NCBI RefSeq assembly: GCF_000143415.4
Contig: NW_003314295.1
Location: 1,426,907 to 1,490,906 of the forward strand
Length of the DNA: 64,000 nucleotides
Reading direction: 5' to 3'
Source: Selaginella moellendorffii
Taxonomy: Eukaryota > Plantae > Lycopodiophyta
The notes beneath the pieces are model-generated. The model had not been told where the DNA came from. It saw only the letters and a program-made list of their open reading frames with translations, and searched no databases. The position numbers were made by a program, and so were the translations under genes. Positions 29,501-42,174 of the stretch are shown piece after piece (the stretch's first letter is position 1; each line of letters starts with the position of its first letter).

Positions 29501-29636
29501 CAATGCGGATCTCCGAAATATTTGGCGCATTTCTAGTGTCGATCTTCATACGGCGCAGGCAGACGTGATAATGCTCGCAGCCGATCGCCACAGCCGCTAG
29601 GGCTAGCAGCAGCAGCAAAAGCAATGCCCGATGCAT
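23573..29636 (-). CDS. Secreted S8 subtilase of KP-43/TagA type with PA-like insert and ~6 C-terminal Ig-like repeats (multi-exon)
   Basis: Signal peptide MHRALLLLLLLALAAVAIG. Triad GVGDSGVD (~28770), YGHGSHVAG (~28590) and SGTSMATP (~27245), plus AAGN (~28150). Family motifs RIHSDSW, SKNSLTVGA, FSSWGPTLDGRQKP, LIRQYFMDGFYP, NQGYGRIDL, LVNDLDL and DRMNNVEQV. Repeats DTxPP..C.LD..W..C.SP..L.DG.Y.F.V.A.D.AGN. The 3' exon structure is approximate. Confidence 0.88.
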
Positions 29637-29803
29637 CGAGACCGAGATTATCGTCTAGCCGTCTCCAAAGAATGATCACATCCGAGGAGCGCCTACCCGA
29701 TTTTGCCGATGGAATCCATCAAAATGCGAGACGCTCGCCTCGCCAAAGAAATATTAGGGTTCGTCCAAGAAAAGGATATACCAGATATTATGCTCAAGGG
29801 CAA

Positions 29804-32061
29804 ATGGTAATGGCGGCCGCCGTGGACGCGAGCTGGCTGTGGATTGGCAGCGAATGCGGGCGGAGGAGCGTCAGAAGGCGCGGGGAGATTTTTCCATCCG
29901 CGATTCAGAGATGCCAGAGGAGGTTTGGATTGTGGAAGAATCACCGCCATGCAATTGTTTCCGGCCCTCCTCCTCCATCGAGAATCCCTATCGGCGGCGT
30001 GAGATTTTCTTCTACTCTCGCTGGAACCGGCAGTGTTCTCGGGAAGGTAAGATTGGCAAAAAATCTCTTCTTCCTCTCATCGATTTTTTTTCCTTGCAGC
30101 CTCCAAAAACTGAGGAGGATACCTCGATCTTATCAGATTTTCTTTGCTTTCTCAATGCGTCGTGGACTCCTTTCCATGCTACGAGTAAGTTGCTATAGAG
30201 TGAGTAAGTTCTTCTCGACCGATAGATTCTTCCTTACAACTCTTTCTTTCTTCTCTGATGGATTAGTGGAAGCTAAGAAATTGCTACTGGACGCTGGATT
30301 CTTGCAACTAAACGAAGAAGATGAGTGGTCCATTGAGCCTGGAGGTCGCTATTTCTTCACCAGGAACATGTCAACATTGGTGGCATTTGCCATAGGTCAG
30401 AAGTATGTCAATTGCAGTTCTTTTTTACGTAGATAGGCAAAGCTTTTACTTCTCACGCGATTGTTTTTTCTTTTTCTTTTTCTTTTCTTTGCTGCTTGCT
30501 ACATACAGGTATCAAACAGGCAATGGATTTCACGTGGTTGCGGCACACACTGACAGCCCCTGTCCAAAGCTCAAGCCCGTTTCAGCGTTATCCAAGTCGG
30601 GTTTCTTAAACTTGGGGGTGCAAACTTACGGAGGTGGATTGTGGCACACCTGGTTCGACAGGGATTTGAGTGTTGCCGGGCGAGCTCTCGTGAAGGGCAA
30701 AGACGGAGCTCTTGATCACAGGCTCGTGCAAGTCAATGATCCAATTTTGCGGATTCCAACCTTGGCTATCCATTTAGACAGGTTTGTTTTTGCTACCATC
30801 TTTAGCTTGCTGATATCTTATTTGGTGTAGAAATGTGAACACTGATGGTTTTAAGCCCAACTTGGAAACGCACCTGGCTCCTGTTCTTGCAACTAAAATC
30901 AAATCGGAGCTTGCACATTCAAACGATGGTAATGGTGCGATATATTCGAATGCCAGTGTCCATCATCCTATACTTTTGCAGGTTCTTTTCTACCCTTTTC
31001 TTTGTTCCAGAGAAAAGACAATCGTGAAAGTTTGTGTTGTTGTTCCCGCTCAGATTCTTGCCAAGGAGCTGCAGTGTGACATTGAGCAGATTGCGGATTT
31101 TGAACTGAATGTCTGTGACACTCAGCCCAGCTGCATCGGTGGTGCAAAGAAAGAGTTTATTTTTTCAGGAAGGCTTGATAATCTAGCGTCGTCATTTTGT
31201 GCTCTACGTGCTTTAAGAGACACTTGCAAAGACAAGACCAGTCTGGAAGACGAGAGCTCGGTACGAATGGTTGCTCTTTTTGACAATGAAGAGGTCTGTC
31301 AATAGCCCCTTTTCTTCTTCAACAGCTGATGTATCAACAAACTTTTACAGGTTGGTTCGGACTCTACTCAAGGAGCTGGATCGCCAATAATGTTTGAAGC
31401 GATGAAACGCATCGCGACATGGTTGTCCCGTACGAGTGACAGTGAGGGGATTGTGGAACGAACAATACGAAAGTCTTTCCTGGGTAATAAGCCTTGCAAA
31501 TATTTTATATTCTTCTAGAATTGTGTGTTCTCTTTGCCAGTCTCTGCTGATATGGCCCATGCTCTCCACCCCAACTACTCCGAAAAGCACGAAGAAAACC
31601 ATCAGCCAAAGCTCCATGAAGGCTTGGTGATCAAACACAACGCAAACCAACGATACGCTACAAACTCCGTCAGTGCGTTTCTCTTCAAAGAAGTTGCTCG
31701 ACTTGCTGGCATACAAACTCAGGTATGCTTGTGTATCAGCAAACGCTTTCGAAAACTCTCTTTTTTCTACTCCTTTTTAGAACTTTATTGTGCGCAATGA
31801 CATGGGATGTGGCTCAACGATTGGTCCCATACTAGCGTCAGGCATCGGCATAAGGACAGTAGATTGTGGAATGCCTCAGCTCTCAATGCATAGGTATGGT
31901 ATTTACCACTTAATTTCGCTTCTCGTTGGTGAAATATCCTTGCTTTCATTAGTATTCGCGAAATGTGTGGAACACAAGATATTGACACGGCATACAAACA
32001 CTTCAAGGCGTTTTATAGAACATTTACCTCCATTGATCAACAGGTTTCCGTGGATAAGTAG
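29804..32061 (+). CDS. Aspartyl aminopeptidase (M18), probable organellar transit peptide, multi-exon
   Basis: Motifs [85 protein letters not shown] and [13 protein letters not shown]. Arg/Ser-rich N-terminus. TAG at 32059-32061. Confidence 0.95.
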
Positions 32062-32099
32062 GGTCCCCGGGTGTACAAAATTACGGCCATAGTAGCAGT

Positions 32100-32638
32100 G
32101 ATCTGAAAAGAATGATAGCAGCAAATTCACAGCCTTTTATTGCCTATGAATGCCATCGACGAGGAGGTCCATGTACTCCATGTAGCAATACGAAGGGTGC
32201 TTGGGAGGCTTACCACGGCCGCCATTCTCGAGTATTTCATGATGATCGAGTTGAGCTTCACCTCAGCTTGCATGCGTACAAGAACTTCTTCATGTCGGCC
32301 TTGAGCCCCTGTCCTCCTCCGAGAGCATGAGATATCCCGAGATCTGGAGGGACTAGCAACATGGCCGTGTGTCCGATGTTTTCATTAGCAACTGCATCAC
32401 AAACGAGGCCGTGGTAATTGTCAAAGGGGCTGTGCAAAAAGCTTTGATCTTGCAGCTCTTGAAGCTGTCCATCGCTAAGAGTTAGGAAAGAAGAAGCATG
32501 AGGCCACTGTCGCAAACGATCCAGTAGAGGTCGATGGTTCCATACTGCTTCTGGTATTCGCCAGGCCACTGTCGGACAGTGTTTGCCAAGTTCCATGGCA
32601 TGCTTTATTTCTTTGAGGTAATACTTTATAACAAACAA
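32100..32638 (-). pseudogene. Coding-like fragment of unknown family
   Basis: 126-aa GC-balanced ORF without a clear ATG start, followed by a frame with stops. No recognisable motif. Confidence 0.25.
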
Positions 32639-32837
32639 AAGTATAACTTATGCAAAACATTAGTATGTTGTTGTTAAAGGATGTAAAATTCCACTTTTAA
32701 TGAGTTTGCTTGTTGGTAGAATTCAAGGGATTGCATCTCTAGAACTTGTAACAAGAGTAAAAATCATTAAAAAATATATATATATTATAATTTTAGAAAG
32801 TATATTTTGTCATAGAATGAATTAAGTGAAATAAAAA

Positions 32838-35800
32838 CATGCCTTTTGTGTTAGTCTCATTTCGGTCCCAAATGTTATTTATGGAAAGTGTCCAGATTTT
32901 CTCATTTGGCATATCTATGGAATGTAGAGATTGTCTTGACCACAATGGTGTTCATCCCATGTCCAAATTCACAATCTAAAGACATTCCATATTTAATAAG
33001 TTTCAAGCTTATCCTAGAGACTAACTCCTGATACTAAAGGAAGTTTGGGGTGAAAGCCCAAAGCGTGTGTTCCTCAAGGGGGGGGCCCTATGGGGGGTTC
33101 TAAATGTATAGTAGGGATAATGGGTAGGTCGGGCATGGTTGACCAACCTGAGGCATAGTCTAGCTCTCGCTTGTGTGCTTGTCCTTGTTCTGCGTCCGGC
33201 TTGGGTTTAAGCCTAAGTTCCATTCCATGCTAGCTGGTGGCGTACCTATGTCCTTGCGTTAGGCCACCGGTATGCCGAAATAGCACCAAACTCCATTTAG
33301 CTCCGTTTTGCGTGCTGGTCCTGGCATTGGGATGCTGGTTGCTCCAGGACTATTCCAAGTCACTTTGGGCTCTTGTCCCTTCGCTCCTTGGGGTGTATGC
33401 TCGAAAGTTGCTCCGTGGACCGGTTCCGTCACTCCTTGGCTCCGTGCTTGGGAGTTTGGCACCATTCCTTTGTTCAGTGGCCCAAGGCCCTAAACCTTGA
33501 GTTCCACACCACTGTCCTTTGGACACGTGGCATATGACACGTGGCATCTGTCATGTGGCACAAAGATGGTTTAGGTTCCGCTTTGTAGTGTTATCCTATG
33601 GTAAATCACCATAGGATAAAGGGTCAAAACCATGTGTGCTATATTTGGTATCAGAGGATGAGTCTTAGCAAGTACTATGCAATGAGATTAGGCAACTAAT
33701 CTTGTTGCATACGCAGAGATGAAAACGATGATCCAAGTGGGTACATGTTTTGGTGCAAAGGCTTCACAATTATTCCTTGGGTATGGATTTTGTTACCTTG
33801 TTGTACCATATTCTGTGAGCTTGAGCTTTGGCTCACAAGAGGGATTGAGTTGTTCTGTTTGCACGAGTTTGAGCTTGGGCTCGTGAGTGAGGCACATTAG
33901 CAACTCGAAGTTACATTTTGAGTTGGTAAGATTAATATTAGCTTATCGGTGGTTCCATGAGTTGTTCCAATGGTTCCGTGAGTTGTTCCATGTACCGTGG
34001 GTAAAAACAAATCTTCCCTAGGTTTGCTATGAGTGGTAAATAGACTGGTCTGTAGCTGTTTAGCATGGCATTAGTGGATCTTTCTTAGACATGGTTACAA
34101 GTGGATTAATCAAGACTATAGGGATTAATCTATTGATTCAAGTAATCATTGATGTGCTCTCTCATAAACTTTTCTTGGATTGGATTGAAAGCAATGCGAA
34201 CTTAAACTTAAGGTTTAGTCAAAGATGAGACCAAAAAGAGAGTCATCAGGGACGAAGGATCAAACACGTAAATCATTTTCTCTTCTTGGAGAGGTGATTC
34301 GTAGCGAGGTATGACTCATTGCTCGTGTTCACATCATGCAATTAAAAGTCCCTACCTTGATGTATGTTGGAAATGATGGTCTTGCAAATGGTGAGTTTTG
34401 GGATGGATAGCGGTGAAACGCTATACCATTTTGTCTAGGCTTGCTATTGGAAGGCTTAGTTTGCAGTGCTCAATTCTTTTCTGGGGAACCTTGCTATTGC
34501 TCCTTGAGTAGCTTGGTGTTGGATTAGTGTTGAGTTTGGTCAGAAAGAGAGTGGCATAAGCTTGTCTATGTTGTGAACAAAAGTTGGTGGTGTTGGGTGT
34601 TGTAAGTCTCTATCGGTAGAGTGTGATATTTATGTTGCATTTTATCGAATCGAGTTGATACTTGATATTCACATAAACCTTTGAAGTAATAACATTGGTA
34701 TTACTCGTGATGTTGCTCAATTGATGATCAAGTTATTGTGATTTTATATCATATCCATGTGATAATGAGCAATGTGTTTACGAAGTTGCTTGGTCAAACG
34801 ATGATCAACCCCAAAGTGGTTGATAGTGAAGCTAGTTTACTTGCATGCAGTAGCATTGTAGTAGTTTTGACTGGATTTTCAATGGTGGTCCATTATACTA
34901 AGCTTAAGTTGGTACGTTGTTTCCTTGAGAGTTGGCCCATAAGGTGTTGGAAAGGGTTATAACATTCACTTGTTATAGCTTGTCGGTTGTTCCGTTAGCA
35001 CTTGAAGTAGATTATTGGATGGAGAAGGTGTGTAGTTGAGGCATTGACATCACTAGCACTTGTGTTAGTGGAAATGACATTGTTGTTCAGGTGATGAGGA
35101 ATTTTCCTTAAAGCTTGATTTTCTATGTCATTTTTCTTATTAGTGTTTTGGCTTTATATTAAATCTTAAAGGTGATTAAAGAAGAGTGTTAGTGCAATAT
35201 AAATATCTGAAGATGTGGTCTTTGTGATCAAGTTTTAAATATTCATTTTGCATTTTGCAGATATCAATGTTGGATGTCGGAAGTATGGGCAAAAAGATGT
35301 TCAATGCTTAAGCATATTATGGGTCATAAGAATTTGTGTTGAGGTGAACCTATGTGAAGTTGTTAATAGGAGGAAGTTGGTTTAGTTTTGAAAGTTTGTA
35401 TTCCTGGACTAAGAGTTATTCTTTCTCTAGGATGAAAAATTTTCCACAAATTTTCTTAGACTTTTCCAATGGCTAATCTGTTGATCACCTTGCTCGAAAA
35501 CCATTCCATTTTCGTAAGCTAGTACAAATTAGTGAAGGGGTTAGAGTTGACTTATGTTAGCTTAAACCTTAGTAGGTAGTTTGTATGATGCGGCCCGAAA
35601 AGGATGCTGACTTTTAGGGCTAAAGCAATTGAGTTGGATAGAGTCTGGAGTTGAGTGGCCGTTGCACTTTTCTAAGAAGGGTGTCCCTTGTGCCTTTCTT
35701 CTGTATATTATGTTTGGTGGCAGGTTGCACCTTATATTTTGTTAGACTTTATGAAAGTAGTGAACTCTCACTGATCTTGACTTGGTCTTGGTGGTCCTGT

Positions 35801-38800
35801 GCCTTGGTTGAGGATGGTGATGTCCAACTTAGTTGTTTGAGTTTGAGATGTTGGTATCCGTACTATAGCTTTGTCTATGAAGAGGTTGTGTGCCGATATG
35901 AGTCCATCTCATAGTCTTCACTTTAGTTCTGACTAAGTGTTGATCATGCATAGCTAGCCTCTTCAAGGCATGCTTAGAGCTATTGGTTAAACGTGTTTAT
36001 GAGCTTATCACGGTTGAGTTAGATTCGAGTGGTCATTTGGTTTGTGCTTGCTTATGAACTTTTATTTTGTACCTGGGGTATTACGTTCATATTAGACAAG
36101 TATATGACTCGATGGCATGAGTTTAGTGTTTGGGTCTCGTGAAAACAAGTTGAAGAGTGATTGTTGGTTGTTTTGCGACTAGTGGTTGCTTATAGACTTT
36201 ATCAAGGACTGTGACACTTGCTTCACTCAATGATGACTTAGCAGTGATGGGCTTGTTTTACCGGATGGTATTGTAAAGGATCATGTCGTTAAACTTACAT
36301 GGGTTTCTATGTTGGCATGTCGAATCTACCTTTGTTGATATCATTTGGTTGCATTTAGTTCATAGTGTTGGATTTCATTGAATTTTGAATGTGGTGATTC
36401 ACTCATTGAGGAAGTGTTATCTATAACTGAGTTTTGCTGAAGAATTGGTCTTGGATACTGAGTAAAGTATTTTTGACCTTGGTTAGCTTAGTTGCTAGAA
36501 AGTTTTGAGTGGTGATTCACTCTTGCTTTCTTCTAGCTTTGTTATAGTTTGATGGCATTGAAGTGATGCCTTGTCATTAATATTATTGATGTTGAGATTC
36601 AATTGAAATGAGATATCTCTCCTTAGGATTGATATTGAGTTTCATTCGTCTCGATAAAGATAGTGTTGATGATTTGGTTATAACTTTGTTTTATTAGCAT
36701 TCGCGCATTTGTTAGTTAGCAACTATGTTGACGTCAAATGAACTGAGTGGCAAGTTTGAGTTAGTTATGTTCTAAACAAGATTATTTAGTAGGGGTTGAG
36801 CTTTGGCTTTTCCTTGAAAAGTGATTTAGTCATGGATTATGCTAACTTCACAAGAGGAAGAGTTAATGATCAATATTGAAATATTTGAATCCTTATAGGA
36901 TTTGAGTTGGGATATATCAATCATTGATGATTCTTCTTGTGCTTATTATGAAATAAGTTACGTCTTGCTATAGATGGATTCATGGAGGATCGTTTGGTGA
37001 TCACTTGTTGAGCATAGCTTCGTTATGCTTAGCTTTTGAATTGATACAAATATGCTCTTTATTAGCTTTGCATTATGAAGTTTAGTTTATGGATGTGTTG
37101 AAGAGGATATTAAAGGTTATACCATGATTTCTTCTTTAGCATTGAAATTAGTTCATGCGAGACTTGTGATCATTGCTAGGCAAAGATTTGGCTATAAACT
37201 TCTTTGAGCTTTTGGTTTTTTGAGTTTTATGCTCATTGTTCCATTTGGTAGAAGTTGTTGGGGAAGGCATCTTGATTCATTAGCTTCAATGTTGAAGTTG
37301 GCTTTTGTATCTAGCAATCATTGGTGATGATTAACTATCATCTAGGATAGTTAATTATCCTTGTCAAAAAGGATTTTCTTGATTATTGTTAATATCGAAT
37401 GATTTACTGTTCTTCGAGATGGTGGATTCCTTTTTTGACGATGATTATGCATCTCTTTATTGATAGGATGATTGATGATCTTTCATGATAAGTTAGTTGT
37501 TCTCTTTGATGGCTTATAGCTTTTTGCAATACCACATGTTATTTATGGTTTGCTCTGGATTGGTTTCTTGGGTTTAAGACATCAATAGGATGTTGCTGAC
37601 ACTTGTTTAAGCCACTTGGGTTCCTTAGTATTATTGACCGGGATCTATTCTGATTGGCTAGTGCAATAATTGGCATGAACGAGTGTTTGTTGGTCTTGCC
37701 GCATTCATTATGTTCTATTGATTATTGTTCAAGTTAATTTTAATAGGTTGGGATGTTATTACTTTCGGATGATACATTTGCAAGCATTTTGCTTGCCAGT
37801 CTATGATACTTTGTGTTCTTTGAGTGATCTTTAGTAAGTTGTTTGGCATACTGTCTACTATCTTCGATAGTTAAGTTTTCTCATTGAGTTTATTTAATGA
37901 TATATTTGCTATTGAATTTTGTTGGATGATGATTCCTATGTTTACCACTTATGATGATCTTGGTGGTTGATCGGATGATAACTTAATTGGAATACTTTTG
38001 TGTTCTAATCTAAGATATATTCACTGATAATTACAACTCTAAGATATCATTGTCTATGACTTTGATATTGTCCATCTATTGATCTTTGAGTTTGGGCCAG
38101 TATAGGCAGACTGGCTTTGGCACTTCGTGTGCATGCTAAAATCTCTAGTCATGGGGTAGCTACTGTCGACTGGTCACATAACCCGCCTCTCTGTCGATGT
38201 TCCTTGTTCCGTTGAAAGGGTGTGACCGTGTAAACAACTCTAACTGCCTATTTATAGTAGTCTATCTAAACCTTACCGACGGGTTTGGTTTCTTTACTCA
38301 AGAGGGTTAGGGCCTCTAGCTTCTCTCTCTATGCCACTTGTGGGCAGGGGCATATCACACTTTTGTAAGCTGAGTGACTCTCAGAGCAGCAAAGGTGGTT
38401 GACTCCATTGGTCATTTCCTTGTCGGCGACGGCTGGAGGGTGTCTGAGCTGGTAGCGCATCCGCGTTAGACAGAGAGGTTGCCTCCTAACTCATTTAAGT
38501 TGGTGCATTTTTCACATAGTGTGAATACCATGAAATTTTTTTGGAGTTGTTTCCTTGGCAGTATTCTAGACTCGAGTATGCGTCGACGAGGACGTCGATC
38601 TTCTCTAGGGGGGGAGAGTGTCGTGAATGTGACTTTGGGTATCGAAAGTTACCTGTCAGTTAGTCCTTTCGGATATTCTTTCCTTACTGCCACGATGGTA
38701 GGAGGTCAGTATTGCTGGACCTGTTATCAATTTCCCACTTGAGCTAGTTGAGAAACTGGTCAATGACCGTGTACTTAGATCGGATAAACATAAGGTAGGA

Positions 38801-39764
38801 ACCCTATGTGTTTTTTGCTGAGCATACTCGGCCTGGTTTGAGAAACTTCTGTCATTGGCTTACACTTGCTAGTATCGAGAACCCCTACAATATTGAGATT
38901 AGTCCCTCAATATTGCTAGATGATAGCTTACCATGTCTGCCAAACACCCTTGCTATCATGCCCTTTGTGTTAGTCTCATTTCAGTCCCAAATGCTATTTA
39001 TGGAAAGTGTCTAGATTTGCTCATTTGGCATATCTACGAAATGTAGAGATTGTCCAGAACACAATGGTGTTCGTCCCATATCCAAATTCGCAATCTAAAG
39101 ACATTCCATATTTAGTAAGTTTTAAGCTTGTCCCAGAGACTAACTCTTGATACTAAAGGAGGCTTGGGGTGAAAGCCCAAAGCGTGTGTTCCTCAAGGGG
39201 GGGGGGGCCTGTGGGGGGTTCTAAATGTATAGTAGGGATAGTGGGTAGGTCGGGCATGGCCGACTAACCTGAGGCATAGTCTAACTCTTGCTTGCGTGCC
39301 TGTCCTTGTTTTGCATCTAGCTTGGATCTAAGCCCAAGTTCCATTCTATACTAGCTGGTGGAGTACCCATGTCCTTGCGTTAGGCCACTAGTATGCCGAA
39401 ATAGCGCCAGACTCTATTTGGCTCCGTTTTGCGTGTTGGTCCTGGCATTGGGATGCTGGTTGCTCCAGGATTGTTCCAAGTCGCTCCGGGCTCTTGTCCC
39501 TTCACTCTTTGGGCTGTATGCTCGAGAGTTGCTCCGTGGACCGGTTCTGTCACTCCTTAGCTCCATGTTTGGGAGTTTGGCGCTATTCCTTTGTTCAGTG
39601 GCCCAAGGCCCTGAACCTTGGGTTCCGCACCACTAGACTTTGGACACGTGGCATGTGACATATGGCATTTGTCACATGGCACAAAGAGGGTTTTGGTTCC
39701 GCTTCGTGGTGTTATCCTATAGTAAATCACCATAGGATAAAGGGTCAAAACCACGTGCGCTACA
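32838..39764 (+). mobile_element. Non-autonomous LTR retroelement (LARD-like), family A copy 1
   Basis: 5'-truncated LTR 32838-33642. PBS TGGTATCAGAG (initiator Met tRNA type) at ~33646. ~5-kb interior with no long ORF. PPT AGGGGGGGAGAG at 38607-38618. Full 3' LTR TGTCGTG..GCTACA at 38619-39764. Confidence 0.88.
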
Positions 39765-39809
39765 CCACCCTCCTCATATTCAAATGCATGGAATCTAGTA
39801 ATGCAGATT

Positions 39810-40140
39810 CCTACATGATATTAGCAAAGTAGGCTTTCCCATATTGGGGATATCATGTTATTTCTACTTTTTTTTATTTGGAGACATTTGGAACTTGATT
39901 TTTTATATCCATTGGTGACATGTTAGAAATTGCAATGCCTCACCTTGTCCACCTCCACTCCAACATTTTCCGAGGTCATGATATTGCTATTTTGATAGCA
40001 TTCTTTATTATATTGCCAATGACGTGGCAGCATTTGACTATCATGTCATTATTTTCTTTCCTTTGCAACTTGTCACTAATTATTGTTATGGGATGTGTGC
40101 TATTTATAGATACATTATATTTATATTTGCCCTCTAATAT
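39810..40140 (+). pseudogene. Amino-acid transporter (AVT1/AAAP-like) gene fragment
   Basis: GDMLEIAMP..IAILIAFFIILPMTW..LTIMSLFS resembles AVT1 GDNL..LFP..LIVLPTVWL.DLS.LSY. Eroded and AT-rich. Confidence 0.45.
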
Positions 40141-40619
40141 ATTTTTAATCTTTGGCTTGGCCACAACCTTTTTTACAACATCTTTAGTAGGAGTTTTCTC
40201 CCTTTAATTTGCTTAGCTAAAGGTTTCAATTTTATTAGCATAGTTCCTTATCACCATTTTTATATATTTCTATTAATAAAAAATAATACATACAATATTT
40301 TTAATAAATGGTATAATCTAACTAATCCTACATAGGATCTTTTAGTGCATATACAATTGAAGTTATAAATTTTAATAAAAGTTGGATAGAAATTATTAAG
40401 ACAATTCCTTTTATATTCAATGTAGTACCAAATTTAGAGTCAAACTCTGAGCTTATTACACTATAGAATGAGGGTCCAATACACACTAAAATCCTTTATG
40501 AGCACCAATTCCCTATATTTGGCTTCTACATGCAAAATAAATAGAATTTTCCACAATTTGAACATGTTGATAGCCTAATATAAGAAGGGGGTACCCCATT
40601 AATTAATATAGATTGAGAG

Positions 40620-40932
40620 CCTTGTTTTTTTGACACCCCACACTTTAGGTTTAGCCTAACTAGAGTAAATTAAATTGCCAAATATCAATTTCAATATGTA
40701 GTGTGATTTCCCTAGCCAACCAATAAAGTTAGATTTAAAATTATTCTAATACCAAATATAAAATTTTAAATTTAAATTTCCTAGAAGGTCACCCAACTTA
40801 ATACTACTCAAACCCAAGAATATTCTAATACCTTTAGCCGATTAAAAGAAGGGGTGCACTCTTATTCATGTTTTCCTTTATATTTGAACCCCAATAAATT
40901 TTCTCTCAAATTATTATCTTTGGTTGCTTATA
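40620..40932 (-). mobile_element. Decayed Cassandra-type TRIM remnant (part of interior plus one LTR)
   Basis: Aligns by eye with 51195-51519 (TGACACCC.., AATACCA PBS relic, AGGTCACCCAAC..TACTACTCAAACCCAAG, GGGGTGCACTCTT, TTTGGTTGCTTATA). Confidence 0.8.
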
Positions 40933-41839
40933 CTATATTTCCAACTACTATCCTAGTATATATTTAGAATCCTTAAACGTTCAATTTAAAATGTAAAATC
41001 TATTAACAATGTTGTATTGCACCTCCTTGGCAAAGATCTAAATGGAAAAAATATAAACTTATCTTTTCTTAAGGAACAAAGTGAAAGGTAGAAAAGTACT
41101 TGCAAAAGTTTAGGATGATGAGCACTCTCATTTGAATATATCTCACTATTACCTTTATTCAAATGTTGATAAAATTAAAGCTAAATATGTTTTTTAAGCT
41201 TAAAACCATCAATGTTCATTTATAATTCTACACTAAAAGATTATAGTGAAAAAAAAAACACTTTCATTTACAAATATTAACCCTATATTTAATACTTTGT
41301 CAATATCTTTGATGGCAATTAAATTAAATTTTTATTGTAGCTTGATATACATTTCCACCAGGGTGTTGCCCAAGGTTAGCTTGAAAATTCAATTTCTCAA
41401 GATTATAAGAATTGTTTACTTTCTATTGAGCTTTTCACTCAAGTAAAAATGATAGGAATCAAATATTGAAGCTTTTATAACAGCATCAATAGCTTGCTTT
41501 GGTTTGGGAGAGATGATGAATTAAGAGTGTATAAATCCACAAGAATACTTGTTATGAACATCTATAATTCATCTTGATACACTTAAACAAGTTTTTCATA
41601 TTTACAAAAAACCTATCAATTTCTATATACCAAGTATGAGTGGATGTACTTTTTATAGACAATCTGATTTCCTAGATAAGTTTTATACTTAGTCATATAA
41701 AAAACTTTGTGAATAAGGTTGCTCAAAAGGTATGTGCAAATTTAATTCTTGCCTTCCAAATTCTCGTAGAATTTATTAATGCACTATTAACTTGTGCAAT
41801 GATGAGAGCTAGATTGTTGTCCTTGATTGCTCTAAAAGC

Positions 41840-41930
41840 TTTGTTATAATGCCAAGGCATAGCATCAGAAACCAAATGGGCATCCATAATAATTTTGCAC
41901 TTGGCATATAAATCCAAAATTATCTTGAGT
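41840..41930 (-). pseudogene. PPR (PLS-class) motif fragment
   Basis: LDLYAKCKIIMDAHLVSDAMP resembles the xMYAKCGSLxDARxVFDxMP PPR consensus. Confidence 0.4.
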
Positions 41931-42174
41931 ATGTATTTTTATTTTCTTCTACAGGATTTTACTCTTGTGTAACCCCGTCTTGTACACTCGTAACCTTCCA
42001 AGTGTTAAATTTATATTCAAAGGCATAAAGCTACAAAATTCATAACGTAAAAGTATTTGTTGATTTCTACAAGAAATAGTGAGTTTTTGTAGCTAATATT
42101 TAGCATTGTAAAAATTTAATAATCTTTACAATATAATTCAGCTTGTTTGTTCACTTAACTCATTTTAGGAAGAA

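Noticed and set aside
29624-29803. N-terminal extension of the aminopeptidase from ATG 29624
   Set aside because: It overlaps the subtilase start on the other strand; ATG 29804 or 29810 gives a more plausible transit peptide.
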